Positions 11,537 to 22,846 of a DNA stretch of 64,000 nucleotides are shown here, piece after piece (the stretch's first letter is position 1; each line of letters begins with the position of its first letter). The stretch comes from Pachysolen tannophilus NRRL Y-2460. Lineage: Eukaryota. The notes under the pieces were generated by a model, which was not told the origin of the DNA, did no database searches, and saw nothing but the letters and a program-made list of their open reading frames with translations. The translations under genes and the position numbers were made by a program. Location of the stretch: NCBI GenBank assembly GCA_001661245.1, contig KV454013.1, positions 207,005-271,004 on the forward strand, given 5' to 3'.

Positions 11537-12901
11537 ATGAGCAGAAAAAAACACAAGTATTCTCATAAGAGTTTTTTTTTGGTTTTCGCAATGGCAATAC
11601 CATTTTTATTAGGTTCAGCTTATGCATTACCTATTTTTAAAACGTTTGAAATTAACGGATCAGAATTTTCTACCAATGTTCCCAAACCATTTATTGGATC
11701 ACAAAATAGTTATATGAAGTCAAATAATAATGAATCAATGACAGGAGTTTTATCATTGATCTCTAAAATTAAGGAAAAAAATATTCAAAATAACAATTCT
11801 GATAACAAATACAAATTTCTGACTGCCATTACAAGTGGGATTTTCATTCCTGTATTTTTTGCTATTGTAGTTATTACATTATGGAAAGAATTTATCAAGA
11901 GAAATAATTTCAATGACAATGATGATAGCCTAAGCCAAGAAGATAATAATAATTGGAACGATGATAATGGTTCAAACTCCAATAACGAATTTGATACTGA
12001 TACTTCCTGTGAGATGGTGGAAGTCCAAAGAGATAGTGAGTTTTCTGGTAAAAACTTAGACCTGGAACTTCAAAGAAAATACCCTTATAAAAATTTAGAT
12101 TTAAATGAAATTTTGGAAGAAGAAAACTCTTTAGAGACATTGATTAAAAATAATGATCTTTATTCATTCATTTTGGCACAGTTTCGAAAGTACAAATTAA
12201 CATTCAATGGATGGGTTTTATTACGATTGTTGGATGAAGAAAACATAAGAGCTTCATCTCAATTTTGGAATGAAACACACCCAGTATTGAGGTATCATTT
12301 GGAAATAAATGTCCCAAAATTGACATATGTCATTATTAAGGAAATAAATAAAGGTAAAAATTTTTTTAATGACCAATCTTATAATATTCATAACGAATAT
12401 TGCGACTTTATCACAGCTAAAGAAAACAGACTTTTATTTGCTCGAAAGTATAAGCATATTTTTGATCAAAGTTCTTCATGTACAAAAAACCAAAATTCAA
12501 AAAAATATTTGGATGAAGATCTTATTATTTCTAATATGGAATCAACTTGTGCTGTCTGTTACACTGCTTTTGAAGAAATAGAGTCAATTAGAATGTTGCC
12601 CTGTAAACATATTTTCCATTCAGGTTGTCTTCACGGCTGGATGGTCAATTGCCAAGGTGTTTGTCCAACATGTAGATATAGAGTGGACAATTTTCTTATG
12701 AATTTATACTCAAAATTTAAAGATTTAGCAAGTTATTTTGTAAAAAAATCAATAGAGATGCAAAGACTTGAAATTATTTTTTGGAGAGATGTTTATGATT
12801 TAGTCTTAGAGAACAAACAAAAAGAAGGGACTCAACAGGAAAATTTCAAAGATATTTCCAATGTTGATCAAAGAAATAAATATATAGAAATGAAACTATG
12901 A
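11537..12901 (+). CDS. Membrane-anchored RING-H2 ubiquitin ligase
   Basis: N-terminal hydrophobic signal, one TM helix, CAVC...LPCKHIFHSGC..W.....CPTCR. Confidence 0.8.
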   Translation: MSRKKHKYSHKSFFLVFAMAIPFLLGSAYALPIFKTFEINGSEFSTNVPKPFIGSQNSYMKSNNNESMTGVLSLISKIKEKNIQNNNSDNKYKFLTAITSGIFIPVFFAIVVITLWKEFIKRNNFNDNDDSLSQEDNNNWNDDNGSNSNNEFDTDTSCEMVEVQRDSEFSGKNLDLELQRKYPYKNLDLNEILEEENSLETLIKNNDLYSFILAQFRKYKLTFNGWVLLRLLDEENIRASSQFWNETHPVLRYHLEINVPKLTYVIIKEINKGKNFFNDQSYNIHNEYCDFITAKENRLLFARKYKHIFDQSSSCTKNQNSKKYLDEDLIISNMESTCAVCYTAFEEIESIRMLPCKHIFHSGCLHGWMVNCQGVCPTCRYRVDNFLMNLYSKFKDLASYFVKKSIEMQRLEIIFWRDVYDLVLENKQKEGTQQENFKDISNVDQRNKYIEMKL

Positions 12902-13035
12902 ATTAGAGGCCATGTATTTAATTATAAATTTAATAATACAAATATATGTAATACCTGAAAAAAAAATGCAATATATTTATTAATGGATAGCCATTTTAAC
13001 CAAAAAAACAAAGAATAAAAAAAAAAATAATTCCT

Positions 13036-14004
13036 CTAAACCAACAAAGAAGTAGACTCATCAATCATTTCAGTTTGTTCATCAATTCCCGTCAATTCAA
13101 GGTTCTGATATGAACCGTATAACCATCTCTGATAAAAATAAAAAACATCAAATATAATAGTGCCGCTACTTCCTAATATATAGGGCAACTCTTTTAACAA
13201 ATAAACATTCTTTTCTTCACCCCATATGAAGGTGCAATTAGTTAGAATAGACAATGTATAAGTTAAATTACCTATAGAAGCAGCAAGAAAAAGTAAGGGA
13301 GATACCCCATCAACTGATTTTCTTTTATAGTTTTTAAACAACTGAGGGAGTCTTGAAGATAAGTAAATAACCGTACAAGTCCAGGAAATTACTGTACCGG
13401 TAAACTCTTTACTATATAGTTTAGAAGAAACATCAGAAGCAGAAAAAGATGAAGGAAAAATCAGGGCAGATACAGACGATGAATTAGCCATTAGAATTGC
13501 TGCCTGAATCAATACTTTATTTTTGTCAACATTTTTCTGTCCATAGGAACTAGTATCTTCTTTGACATTATTATCATCTTCTAAATTTTCGTCAAATACT
13601 TCAACACCATCAATAACCCTACTGTTTGTGTTCAATAAATCGTTGTTATGACCATGTAAACCCCTTGAAAGTTTATGTTGGAGGTGTGTATGATTTCCTT
13701 GAGGATAAACATATGAATAGTAATACCATTGTCCAAATAATACAAAATCATTATAAAGAAAATACAACGCTAAATAGATTTGAAATTCTAACTGATTCGT
13801 CAAGATACATCCAACTAAAGATGTCAAATCACCTAAAAACCACAAGATTAAAAAAGATAATGAAATCCCATCAACCGTCTTGTTTTGATAATTTGTTATC
13901 TGTTGAGGTACTTGTGCCACTAGCCATGATATCATTGAAATATACCCCAATAACGATGAAAAAAAAGTCAAACTCTCACATGATGGTAACAGAAACAAAA
14001 ACAT
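13036..14004 (-). CDS. PQ-loop vacuolar cationic amino-acid transporter (Ypq/Rtc2 family)
   Basis: AQVPQ..NYQNKTVDG and SRLPQLFKNYKRKSVDG loops; C-terminal ESTSLL dileucine; first in-frame ATG 14004. Confidence 0.9.
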   Translation of the reverse strand: MFLFLLPSCESLTFFSSLLGYISMISWLVAQVPQQITNYQNKTVDGISLSFLILWFLGDLTSLVGCILTNQLEFQIYLALYFLYNDFVLFGQWYYYSYVYPQGNHTHLQHKLSRGLHGHNNDLLNTNSRVIDGVEVFDENLEDDNNVKEDTSSYGQKNVDKNKVLIQAAILMANSSSVSALIFPSSFSASDVSSKLYSKEFTGTVISWTCTVIYLSSRLPQLFKNYKRKSVDGVSPLLFLAASIGNLTYTLSILTNCTFIWGEEKNVYLLKELPYILGSSGTIIFDVFYFYQRWLYGSYQNLELTGIDEQTEMIDESTSLLV

Positions 14005-14203
14005 ACTGTTACCATAAAACACATATATTATATAATTTATCAATCAATAATTCACAAAATGTGTTATCTATAAATTGATTGTAGTTTTTATTAGTGATTT
14101 ATTTTTTTTTTTTTACTTTTCACATATTGCTTTATCTAAGCGCGTACAGACGAACAATTGCTCAATTAGGTAACATATACAAATTTACTATCTATATAAT
14201 CAA

Positions 14204-15916
14204 TCAAGTCTTATACAAGGTATCCAAGAAGCCTACAATCAACTTGCTAGCAACCCCAGTTGTCTTAACACTTCCTGCTACACCGTATAATGCCGCGGTC
14301 TCACTGTCTGAGGGTTTAAAGTCGGTACTGATCAATTCTTGAACAGCATCTTTTAAATCTTTGACCAAGTCATCAACGATAGGAATTGATAATTTAGTTA
14401 CAGCCAAATGTAAAGCTGGTGGTTTCTGTAATGCACTAAGATGCCATCCTTTTTCATTTAGCTTATCTGCTAGAGCATAGATATTTATTTTGTCACTGGT
14501 AAATGAAACCACCGAGGCGATAGGGTCACCAATTACTTTCAATTCTTTTAATTCTTGTTGTATCGCCTTTTTCAATTTCCTTGCAGTATTAATAATTTCT
14601 TGACAAGATTTAATATAACCTTTTTCACCCATATTGACCATTGTTGCCCAACATCCAACCATAACAGCACCGTTTTTGGAACCGGCCAAACCTGGACTAC
14701 CATATAATCCACCCATCCAAGAATCTGTAACAAAATATTGACATTCTCTTAATTTCTCATTTCTATACATTATTATTGAAGAACCTTTTGGTGCAAATCC
14801 ATATTTATGAGTATCGCATGAAATTGAAGTAACACCTGGAAGTCTGAAATCAAATAATGGCACGTCCTCAAACCCTGATTTTTCCATAAATGGCATGATA
14901 AATGAACCAAGACAACAATCAACATGAAGTGGAATCTTATGTTTAACAGCTAATTCACTTAATTCATCAATTGGATCAATAATACCATGAGGGAAATTTG
15001 GAGCAGATCCACAGATCAATATAGTATTTGAATTAATGAATTTTTTCAATTTGTTCATGTCTACTTTATACGTTTCCTTATCTAATGGAATATGATGTAA
15101 TTTAATTCCAAAATAAAAAGCTGCTTTATCAACACCAGCATGAATTGAAGCAGGCGCAATAATTTCTGGTTCCGTGATACCTTTATATTTTCTACCATAT
15201 TCTCTTGCAGATAAGCAAGCCAATAATAAAGATTCTGTACCACCAGAAGTTGTTGCTCCACAACCAGTTTCTTTTGGAGCATTGAACATATTTAAAACCA
15301 TTGAAACAACTTCAGATTCCATCTTACGCACCCCAGGAAATACATCAGGATGTAACTGGTTAGAAACACAATACATATGGAAAGCCTTTGTTTGTAAATC
15401 AATCAAATCATCACCACCATGATAAACCGCACCTGAAACTTTACCTCCTTTCCAATCATTATGTTTTATATTTTGATAGGATAACAATTCCGACATTACC
15501 TCTTGTTCAGGTAATCCTGTTGAAGGTAATTGATTAAAATAATTATATTTCGGATCATGAACTATCATTTCATCACGCATTTGAGTAATTGCTTGAGCAA
15601 CTTCTTGTTCAACTCTTTTCTTAAAAGGAGGCAAAGATAAGAAAAACAGAAAGAAAGATTTAGAAGCATTTTGAAATAAAACTTGAATTGATCCAACTAA
15701 TCCATAACCTGAAATAAACCGAATAGCGTATACGAGTCTATTATAGATAAAACTAATAAATATAACATCTCTAATAGCGGTTAATAAACTAAGATTCTTG
15801 TAATAATTAAACAAAAATGATTTAATAATTTCAACATGATTTAAAGCTAAATACAAATTAATATTTTCTAATAACCTATTCTTAAAATCTTCAGAACCAT
15901 AAAAAGTTAAATCCAT
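14204..15916 (-). CDS. DPL1: Sphinganine-1-phosphate lyase
   Basis: NQLHPDVFPGVRKME, SGGTES, SCDTHKYG PLP lysine. Confidence 0.97.
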   Translation of the reverse strand: MDLTFYGSEDFKNRLLENINLYLALNHVEIIKSFLFNYYKNLSLLTAIRDVIFISFIYNRLVYAIRFISGYGLVGSIQVLFQNASKSFFLFFLSLPPFKKRVEQEVAQAITQMRDEMIVHDPKYNYFNQLPSTGLPEQEVMSELLSYQNIKHNDWKGGKVSGAVYHGGDDLIDLQTKAFHMYCVSNQLHPDVFPGVRKMESEVVSMVLNMFNAPKETGCGATTSGGTESLLLACLSAREYGRKYKGITEPEIIAPASIHAGVDKAAFYFGIKLHHIPLDKETYKVDMNKLKKFINSNTILICGSAPNFPHGIIDPIDELSELAVKHKIPLHVDCCLGSFIMPFMEKSGFEDVPLFDFRLPGVTSISCDTHKYGFAPKGSSIIMYRNEKLRECQYFVTDSWMGGLYGSPGLAGSKNGAVMVGCWATMVNMGEKGYIKSCQEIINTARKLKKAIQQELKELKVIGDPIASVVSFTSDKINIYALADKLNEKGWHLSALQKPPALHLAVTKLSIPIVDDLVKDLKDAVQELISTDFKPSDSETAALYGVAGSVKTTGVASKLIVGFLDTLYKT

Positions 15917-16184
15917 TTTCCAATCTATTTATAATATATTCTTTTTATTTCAAAATCACTATTGATTCGATTGAATTCAATTATTATTTTGTAAATTAAC
16001 CAATCTCATTAAAAGCGGTCATAAAAAATTTATATATCCAAGAAAGGGACGGGAAAAGGGGTTTTTGTCGCCGAGGAATTCCGAACAAATTTTTGGCGGC
16101 AGCCAGCGGAAAATTTCGAATCAAATTGCTGGGGAAAGTTGTTCAAAACAAAAGTCAAAACAAAAGTTAAATCATTAAATATAT

Positions 16185-16215
<31 letters not shown>

Positions 16216-16254
16216 CATAACTATATAATAGTACAGTGTAAAAGCTATCTAATG

Positions 16255-18417
16255 TTACATCCTTGGAGTGCCTGACCTGCTGATTCTACTTCTACTTCCA
16301 TGCAGCGGTAAGTTTTTAACAATGTCGTTTAACTTGGTGACATAGTTATTTAAAAATTGATTTCGAGTTTTCAATTTTGATAATTCATCATCATATAAAT
16401 GAATATTTTTAGATTGAGCTTCTAGTTTCAAATTCTTGGAGTTGTTTTCCAATTTTGCAGAGAGTTGCAAGTTTTGTTCTTTCAACAGTTTTGCTATTAA
16501 AGATTTATCTGCAGCTTTGGATGATTCTGTTTGGTAATTAAGTCTTAATTCTTCATTTTGTTCCATTAAATTTGCAGATTTTTTCATCAAATCTGCTAAT
16601 TTCAATTCTAATTCCTGAACTTCCTCATCTTGTTTCAATAATAAATCTTGATCAACTGTATCTGTATTATTTAAAGATTCAATTTTTTTCAAAATATCAT
16701 TTTTTTCATTCAATTTGGAATTAAATTTAGAAAGTTTTTCCAATTCAACATCTGCTCTTTCAGATCTTTTCTCCCCAGCATTTATTTTATTTTCTATATC
16801 TTTAGTCTCCTTATATATCTCTCCTATTACAACATTTGTCTGTTCAAGTTCTAATTGTTTTAAACTTTCTCTTAGTTTTAATGAATTCAATTGATTGGTA
16901 CCTAAATCTGTTAGTTTATTGATTTCTCCAAGTCTTTCATTAATCAATTGGGTTAAAGATTTTTTATATTCAAACAATGATAATGCTTCCTTTGGTACAA
17001 ATAATTCTTTTTCATTTTTTTCAATTTTTATCTTTTTCAGATTATTAATATCATTTGTAATATTTTCTTTTTCTAAATTGTACAATTTCAATGAATAGTC
17101 TTTATTCAACGAATCCACCAACAGATCAAAGTCAAAATTCTCATTGGCAATTTTCGATAACGAAAATGGCCACTCTATATTCTTTTTATCTTTAAACCAT
17201 TCTACTAGCAATTTCATATGATTTTTAAGAAAAGTTTCATAATCAGATTCAATTAAACCAATCTTGTCAAGATTGATTATACTTGTAAATACTATGTTTT
17301 TCAAATAGTTCAAATCAGTTTTAGTGATTGAAACATTCCCTTTACTTTTTTCTTGTAATACAACATGTTCTATACTATTAAATGGCATCAATTTTAAAAT
17401 TGGTATTATTTGATTTTTTTTAGCAGAATTATGTTTCCTCAAATATTTTAAATTTTCAGATTTCACATCATTAAGGAAAGTATCAAATGAAATCATTAAT
17501 TTAAATTTCAACTCATCTGGGAAAACCATGGTATTTAAGTTATTTGTAGTAATCAAATGTAAAGTGGCATAACGTTTTTTATTCTTATAATATCTAACTT
17601 CTGGGTTATTTTTTGACTTTCTTGGAACATAATCAACTTCTTTTAAGTGATTTTTCTTATTCTCTCCTTTATTTTTTTTACTAGTGCTACTATGATTGTT
17701 ATTAGTATTATTACTATTGCTGTTGTTATTACCGTTGGAGCCAGTGTTATCACCATTCCCATTATTATTACCACCATTATTACCATTGCTATTACTGTTA
17801 TTGTTATGATTTACGTTATTCTTAGTGTTCTCAAGATCGTGATAATAAGAATAACTCTGGCTTCCACTATTTTCATATAAAGATGCACCAGTATACCTTT
17901 TATAATTGATTTTCCTACCTAAAATCAACCTCTCAATCAAGTCAAATTCTTTAACACTCTGTCCTACTACTATAACATTATCAGTCGCATCTAAATGTTC
18001 CTCCAAGATATTCAAAATCTCGTCAAATCTAGCGAACTTCCCACTAGAATTGGCTAGCCTATCCATTGGCTCCATTAACAATAAATTTTTAGGTATATAA
18101 TGATCAACTAATAAGAAAGGATGGATTAATATTGCTTCAAGATTATTTTTCAAAAGATCCAACATATCAAAATCTGTTAATATATAATTATCACTTTTTG
18201 AATTGGAATCAGAAACCATCAGATCTTGTTGCGAAACATTTTGGGCATCATTTATTAATTTTAACAAGTGTGGTTTATGTAACTTAATTATTAACTCTAT
18301 CAAGTCTCGCTGTAATAAGGATATCTCCAGTGGCATATAATACACATCATCTTCAAATGAATTGAGAACATGCTTACTTATCACCGGCTTTGAATCCAAT
18401 AAAATATTCAAATCCAT
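16255..18417 (-). CDS. HDA2: HDA1 complex subunit (Hda2-like)
   Basis: VYYMP..I...QRDLIE, HPFLLVDHYIP, C-terminal coiled coil ending RSGTP. Confidence 0.8.
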   Translation of the reverse strand: MDLNILLDSKPVISKHVLNSFEDDVYYMPLEISLLQRDLIELIIKLHKPHLLKLINDAQNVSQQDLMVSDSNSKSDNYILTDFDMLDLLKNNLEAILIHPFLLVDHYIPKNLLLMEPMDRLANSSGKFARFDEILNILEEHLDATDNVIVVGQSVKEFDLIERLILGRKINYKRYTGASLYENSGSQSYSYYHDLENTKNNVNHNNNSNSNGNNGGNNNGNGDNTGSNGNNNSNSNNTNNNHSSTSKKNKGENKKNHLKEVDYVPRKSKNNPEVRYYKNKKRYATLHLITTNNLNTMVFPDELKFKLMISFDTFLNDVKSENLKYLRKHNSAKKNQIIPILKLMPFNSIEHVVLQEKSKGNVSITKTDLNYLKNIVFTSIINLDKIGLIESDYETFLKNHMKLLVEWFKDKKNIEWPFSLSKIANENFDFDLLVDSLNKDYSLKLYNLEKENITNDINNLKKIKIEKNEKELFVPKEALSLFEYKKSLTQLINERLGEINKLTDLGTNQLNSLKLRESLKQLELEQTNVVIGEIYKETKDIENKINAGEKRSERADVELEKLSKFNSKLNEKNDILKKIESLNNTDTVDQDLLLKQDEEVQELELKLADLMKKSANLMEQNEELRLNYQTESSKAADKSLIAKLLKEQNLQLSAKLENNSKNLKLEAQSKNIHLYDDELSKLKTRNQFLNNYVTKLNDIVKNLPLHGSRSRISRSGTPRM

Positions 18418-18902
18418 ACTCAGAGTAGTAATTTCACTCTTGTTTACTTAGTTCTTAAACCTTGAACATTTAAAATTATAAAATGAATTTATTTTGAAAA
18501 TAGTTAAGCTTAAAAAAAAAAATAGAAAAACCGAAAAAAAAATTATTTAACGATTTTTCAATACAAAATAATAACTTTCATCATCACCAAATTTATTGAA
18601 TGAAAAAATGACTTACTTAATAAGAAGACATATATATTATATATACTTAAAAATTGGAATTATATAACAACAGTGGAAACAACTTTTCTTTTCTAATTTA
18701 AAATGAGAAAAAAAAAAAAAATAAAGAAAAATAAAGTAAAATTAATCAAAAATAATAATAATAAAAATTATATAAAAAAAAAAAAATTGAAAAGCAAAAC
18801 AACTGACATTCTTTCTTTCTTATCCTTCCTCAAGAAGAGAAAATTGAAAGCACTTAAGTGACTTCTCACACCCTAACACATCATATTTTTTGATACAACC
18901 AA

Positions 18903-21391
18903 CTAACTTGAATTTTGAACAACTAATCTTGCCAAATGTTGGAAAAAAGTTTTTAAAGACACATCTTCTGTATGAACAACGGTACCTGCTCCAACATCGT
19001 TCGAAGGAATATAACCACCGATATTTCCACCACCTACGGCATAATTCTGGTCATTTTCTGAAGGATTTAATTTCGAATACAAAAATCTAGCTTGTGATTT
19101 ACCTTCATCTGTGGTAACATATCTTGGTAATGGGAATCTATCAGCAATTAAATTGGCAGCTTCTTCTTTTGGCATTTCAAACATCTCATAAACGTTTGAA
19201 TAAGTTTCTCTATCCAAATTTGAATCTCTCCATTCAGCTGCTGTGGAACCGTAATATATGACTATATAGAAGAAAGCATCTAATAATAAGACTCTATCTT
19301 TTTTCAAAGATGCAGAATCTAACAAGACAGGTTCTGGTTCTCCAGATTCAGCAGAATACGATGTTAAAGTTGGTTGGATCATGACCAAAGAATCGTTAAT
19401 GTTTGTTCTTAATAATGTGTGGTGGTAAAAAGCGGTTTCATCAGGGGAACAATTGAAAACTTGTAAAAATTGAGATCTTCTTAAATGATAAATAAATTGT
19501 GGTAATAAAGAAAATTTATTTGTCAATCTAAAAGAATTTGGATCATTTTTAGAATAATCTCCAAATACTGAACATAATTTAACCAATGTTTTATCAATCC
19601 ATCTAAGTAAATCTGAATATTCACCTCCATTTTCTAATTTATGAACAATCATTCTTGCTAATAATACTGCTGCAGCTTCTTGATCAAAAGTATGTGTTAA
19701 TTCTGCACTATTTGTTGTTGGTCTTTTCAAAGTTGTGATTCTTATTCTCCATGAACCATTTGTATGCCTATAAGTTGTTTGGAATTGAATTGTGACATCA
19801 GGAACAGATGAATTTCTTTGATCTATAGATGGAACTGTTTGCATATCAAAGAAAATTCCATAAGTATGCCTTGGTGATAATGAATTTAATTTCCATTTCT
19901 TTGTAAAACCATCACCAATTTGAACATCTGCAATATTTTCACCATCTTCTTTACAAGACATTACATGTCCAATAATACCTGCAACTTTTAATTTTTGAGA
20001 AGTTAATACTTCTAATTCTCCACCTAAATAATTTATAGGATAACCTTCTGGATCTTTAGCAAATACTTCAAAAAATGAATTTTTAAAAATTGAAGTTTGG
20101 AAAGAATCTGTAACTACCAATACACCTCCAGTTAAATTTGCTAATGATCTCATTTCATAAATACCAACTTGATCATAACAACCAGCAAAGATATCTACAG
20201 AATAAATTGAAGTTGAACCAGGATCATAATTTTTATCCTTTATTTCTTTTCTAACACCAGTACCTTTTATAGCAATTTTTTTATAAAATGAAACTGCTTT
20301 TTTATAATGTTTTGCAGTTAATCTATCAATATCATTATGTGATCTAATTGGTTCTTTTAATTCAGTACCAACAATCATACCAGGACCATATGTACATGGA
20401 CCACCTGCAAATAAACTAATTTTTGCAGCACATTGAATAAAAGAACCTTCAATTAAACTTGAAGCAATTGAAATAGCAGCACCTGTTACTCTAATAGCTC
20501 TTTGACCTGGTTTAATAACCCATTTTGAAGCTTCTAAATTTTCAATAGTTTTCGTTATTTGAAATTCAGCATCACTATCATTTAAAGGTAATAAGAAACG
20601 ATTAATTGTTGTAAGTCCTGCAGGTCCAGCAATACTTGGAGAATTAAATTGATCAATCCAAGATTTTTGACAATTATTTGAAATTTTTAATTGTTTTTGT
20701 ACATCTCTTGTATCATATTCTTTACCACCATTAAATACATATTTTTTGAAACAAATATCAGAACTTAATTCATGAACATTGACTACAGAATCAAAAGTGA
20801 TTAATCCAAATAAACTTCCAGGTGGATGTAATGATAATGAAGTAATTAATACATCTTTTAAAGCTTGTAAATCTTCAGGTTCTTGACATAAATCAACAAC
20901 ATATAAAAAAACAGGAGGAGGAGGAACTTGTTGTCTTTGTGAAACATATTCAATTGTCGATGATGCTGGATTCAATTCAATTGGTAATTGGGTCTGTGTT
21001 AAATTCGAATAATTTGTAGGAAGTTGATTTCTCAATTGACAAATTGAACATGTCCAAAGTTTTGCAACCACATCAATTGGATTAAAAGGATTCAATACAG
21101 CACGACACTTGCGACACATAACTGGATCATAATTCGCAACAGGTAAATCTTCTCTTGCATTTAAAGGTGTATATAAACATCCAACTGGCATAGCAGCATT
21201 TTCAGCTTCAGATCTAGTCACAATTGAGTTTTATTAATTATTTTTATTATTATTCTTTAACTACTAACACTGTTTCTTTTTTTTTTTTTTTTTTGTTTTT
21301 TGTTTTTGTTAGGATTATTATGATATTGAAGAAGTGGATGGTGTTAGGTTCAATTGGAATTCTTTTCCTTCATTTCATTAATACATACCAT
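18903..21391 (-). CDS. SEC23: Divergent Sec23 paralog (COPII); 5' end interrupted by inverted segment as assembled
   Basis: PVGCLYTPL, Zn finger [43 protein letters not shown] 21391 directly followed by GTATGT. Confidence 0.9.
21222..21369 (+). other. Inverted segment carrying SEC23 intron branch point, 3' splice site and exon codons [19 protein letters not shown]
   Basis: Plus strand TACTAAC 21262-21268, poly-T tract, AG ending 21312, then 57 nt encoding the Sec23 N-terminal motif, opposite to the gene strand. Confidence 0.93.
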
Positions 21392-21775
21392 TTTCAATAT
21401 AGAAAAACAAACAATTGTTTTAAAAAAATGTTCAAGTATTTAATTAACAATAAATATATAATATATATATATATATATTATATATAATACATATACATAG
21501 ATATCTATATATATATATGGATATTAGGAGGCCTGCTATCTATCTATCAATCTATCAATCTATACGATAAATCGACTCAGATGCTATACTATTAATCCAC
21601 CTACCTATATTAAAACAATATCTTATTATATTGATTATTTGATTAATTAATTGTATATATATTTTTTGATTTGATTTGGACACTTCACCTTTAAGGAAAA
21701 AAAGCCAAAAAAAAATCAAAAAAAAAAAAATTAAAAAAAATTGTTTGCAAAAAATAAGTGACTCGTAACCGTACT

Positions 21776-21813
21776 AAACAAGAGTAATTAAACAAGAGTA
21801 ATTGAACAAGAGT
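21776..21813. repeat. ~2.7 copies of 14-bp tandem repeat (T)AAACAAGAGTAAT
   Basis: taaacaagagtaat taaacaagagtaat tgaacaagagtt. Confidence 0.8.
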
Positions 21814-22846
21814 TCTTTTTCAACTAAGAGAGCATTGTGGGTTATAAGTAGACGATGTTAGTTTTTTTTTTTTTTCAATTATTACACTTTGTTAGGTGTT
21901 GAAGTAATTGTAAATTAAGTATTGTATTCTGGATTGATATTTATTTATCTATATTTCCAAAAAAATGGTTAGTAACTGTTACAGGTTACTTAAAGGTTAC
22001 ATGTTACGGTTTACGGCGGTAAAGTATTCTTCTTTATTAGATTATAGTTAATTTAAATCTATTGAAATCTATCACTAAACCAGCTCATCGCTATGATATT
22101 AAAATGTGAAAGATCGATCAATCATATTTTTTTTTCTAACTCTATTGCGGTTAAACAGCATAGAATCACGTTTATTATTGTGGCATGGGTACTATTTATT
22201 ACTTTAATAATAATACCTTAACTAAAAAATTTTTTTTATCTAGATTATGGCTCGCTTAGTGAATTAATACATACAATACATACAATACATACATACCTAA
22301 TGGCGATAAGAGAATTTCTCTTTTTTTTTTTTTCACTTTTTGGTGGGCAATTTCTCTTATTAATCCAATGGGTAAAAAAATGCTTTAAAAATGTGTTTTG
22401 GTTTCATTTTTCATTTTTTCTTTTTTTTTGGCGCTAAACACTGTTTATTCACTGCTGGAATTATTTTTCCGGTATGTTCAGTTGCAGATAAGGTGTCTTC
22501 ATACAGAAACCTACATATACATGAATAAATCTCTAATCATATCGTATCTTCGTCCCCTGATAGAAATTGATATATATTTGGTTCGGCAATTAGGTACATT
22601 GACTCCGTATCAGAGAATGATTGGCTTTGTTCTTTGATTTTCTGTTTTTTCTGTTTTTTTTTTTTTATCTTTGATCTTTTTGTTACATCTATATAAATGT
22701 GTGGCATATGCCTTGAGGTTTAAAGAAATAAATATTAAAAAGTATTTCAATTACTTTTTTTCACCAACTTTATCTTTTTTTTTAAGACCACTGGTATACC
22801 ACTGGTATTGTTTGATTGGGTACAAGTTTTTTTTTTCTATTTGAAG

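Noticed and set aside
21224..21487. 87-aa plus-strand ORF
   Set aside because: Poly-T/AT-derived; overlaps the inverted SEC23 intron/exon in a different frame.
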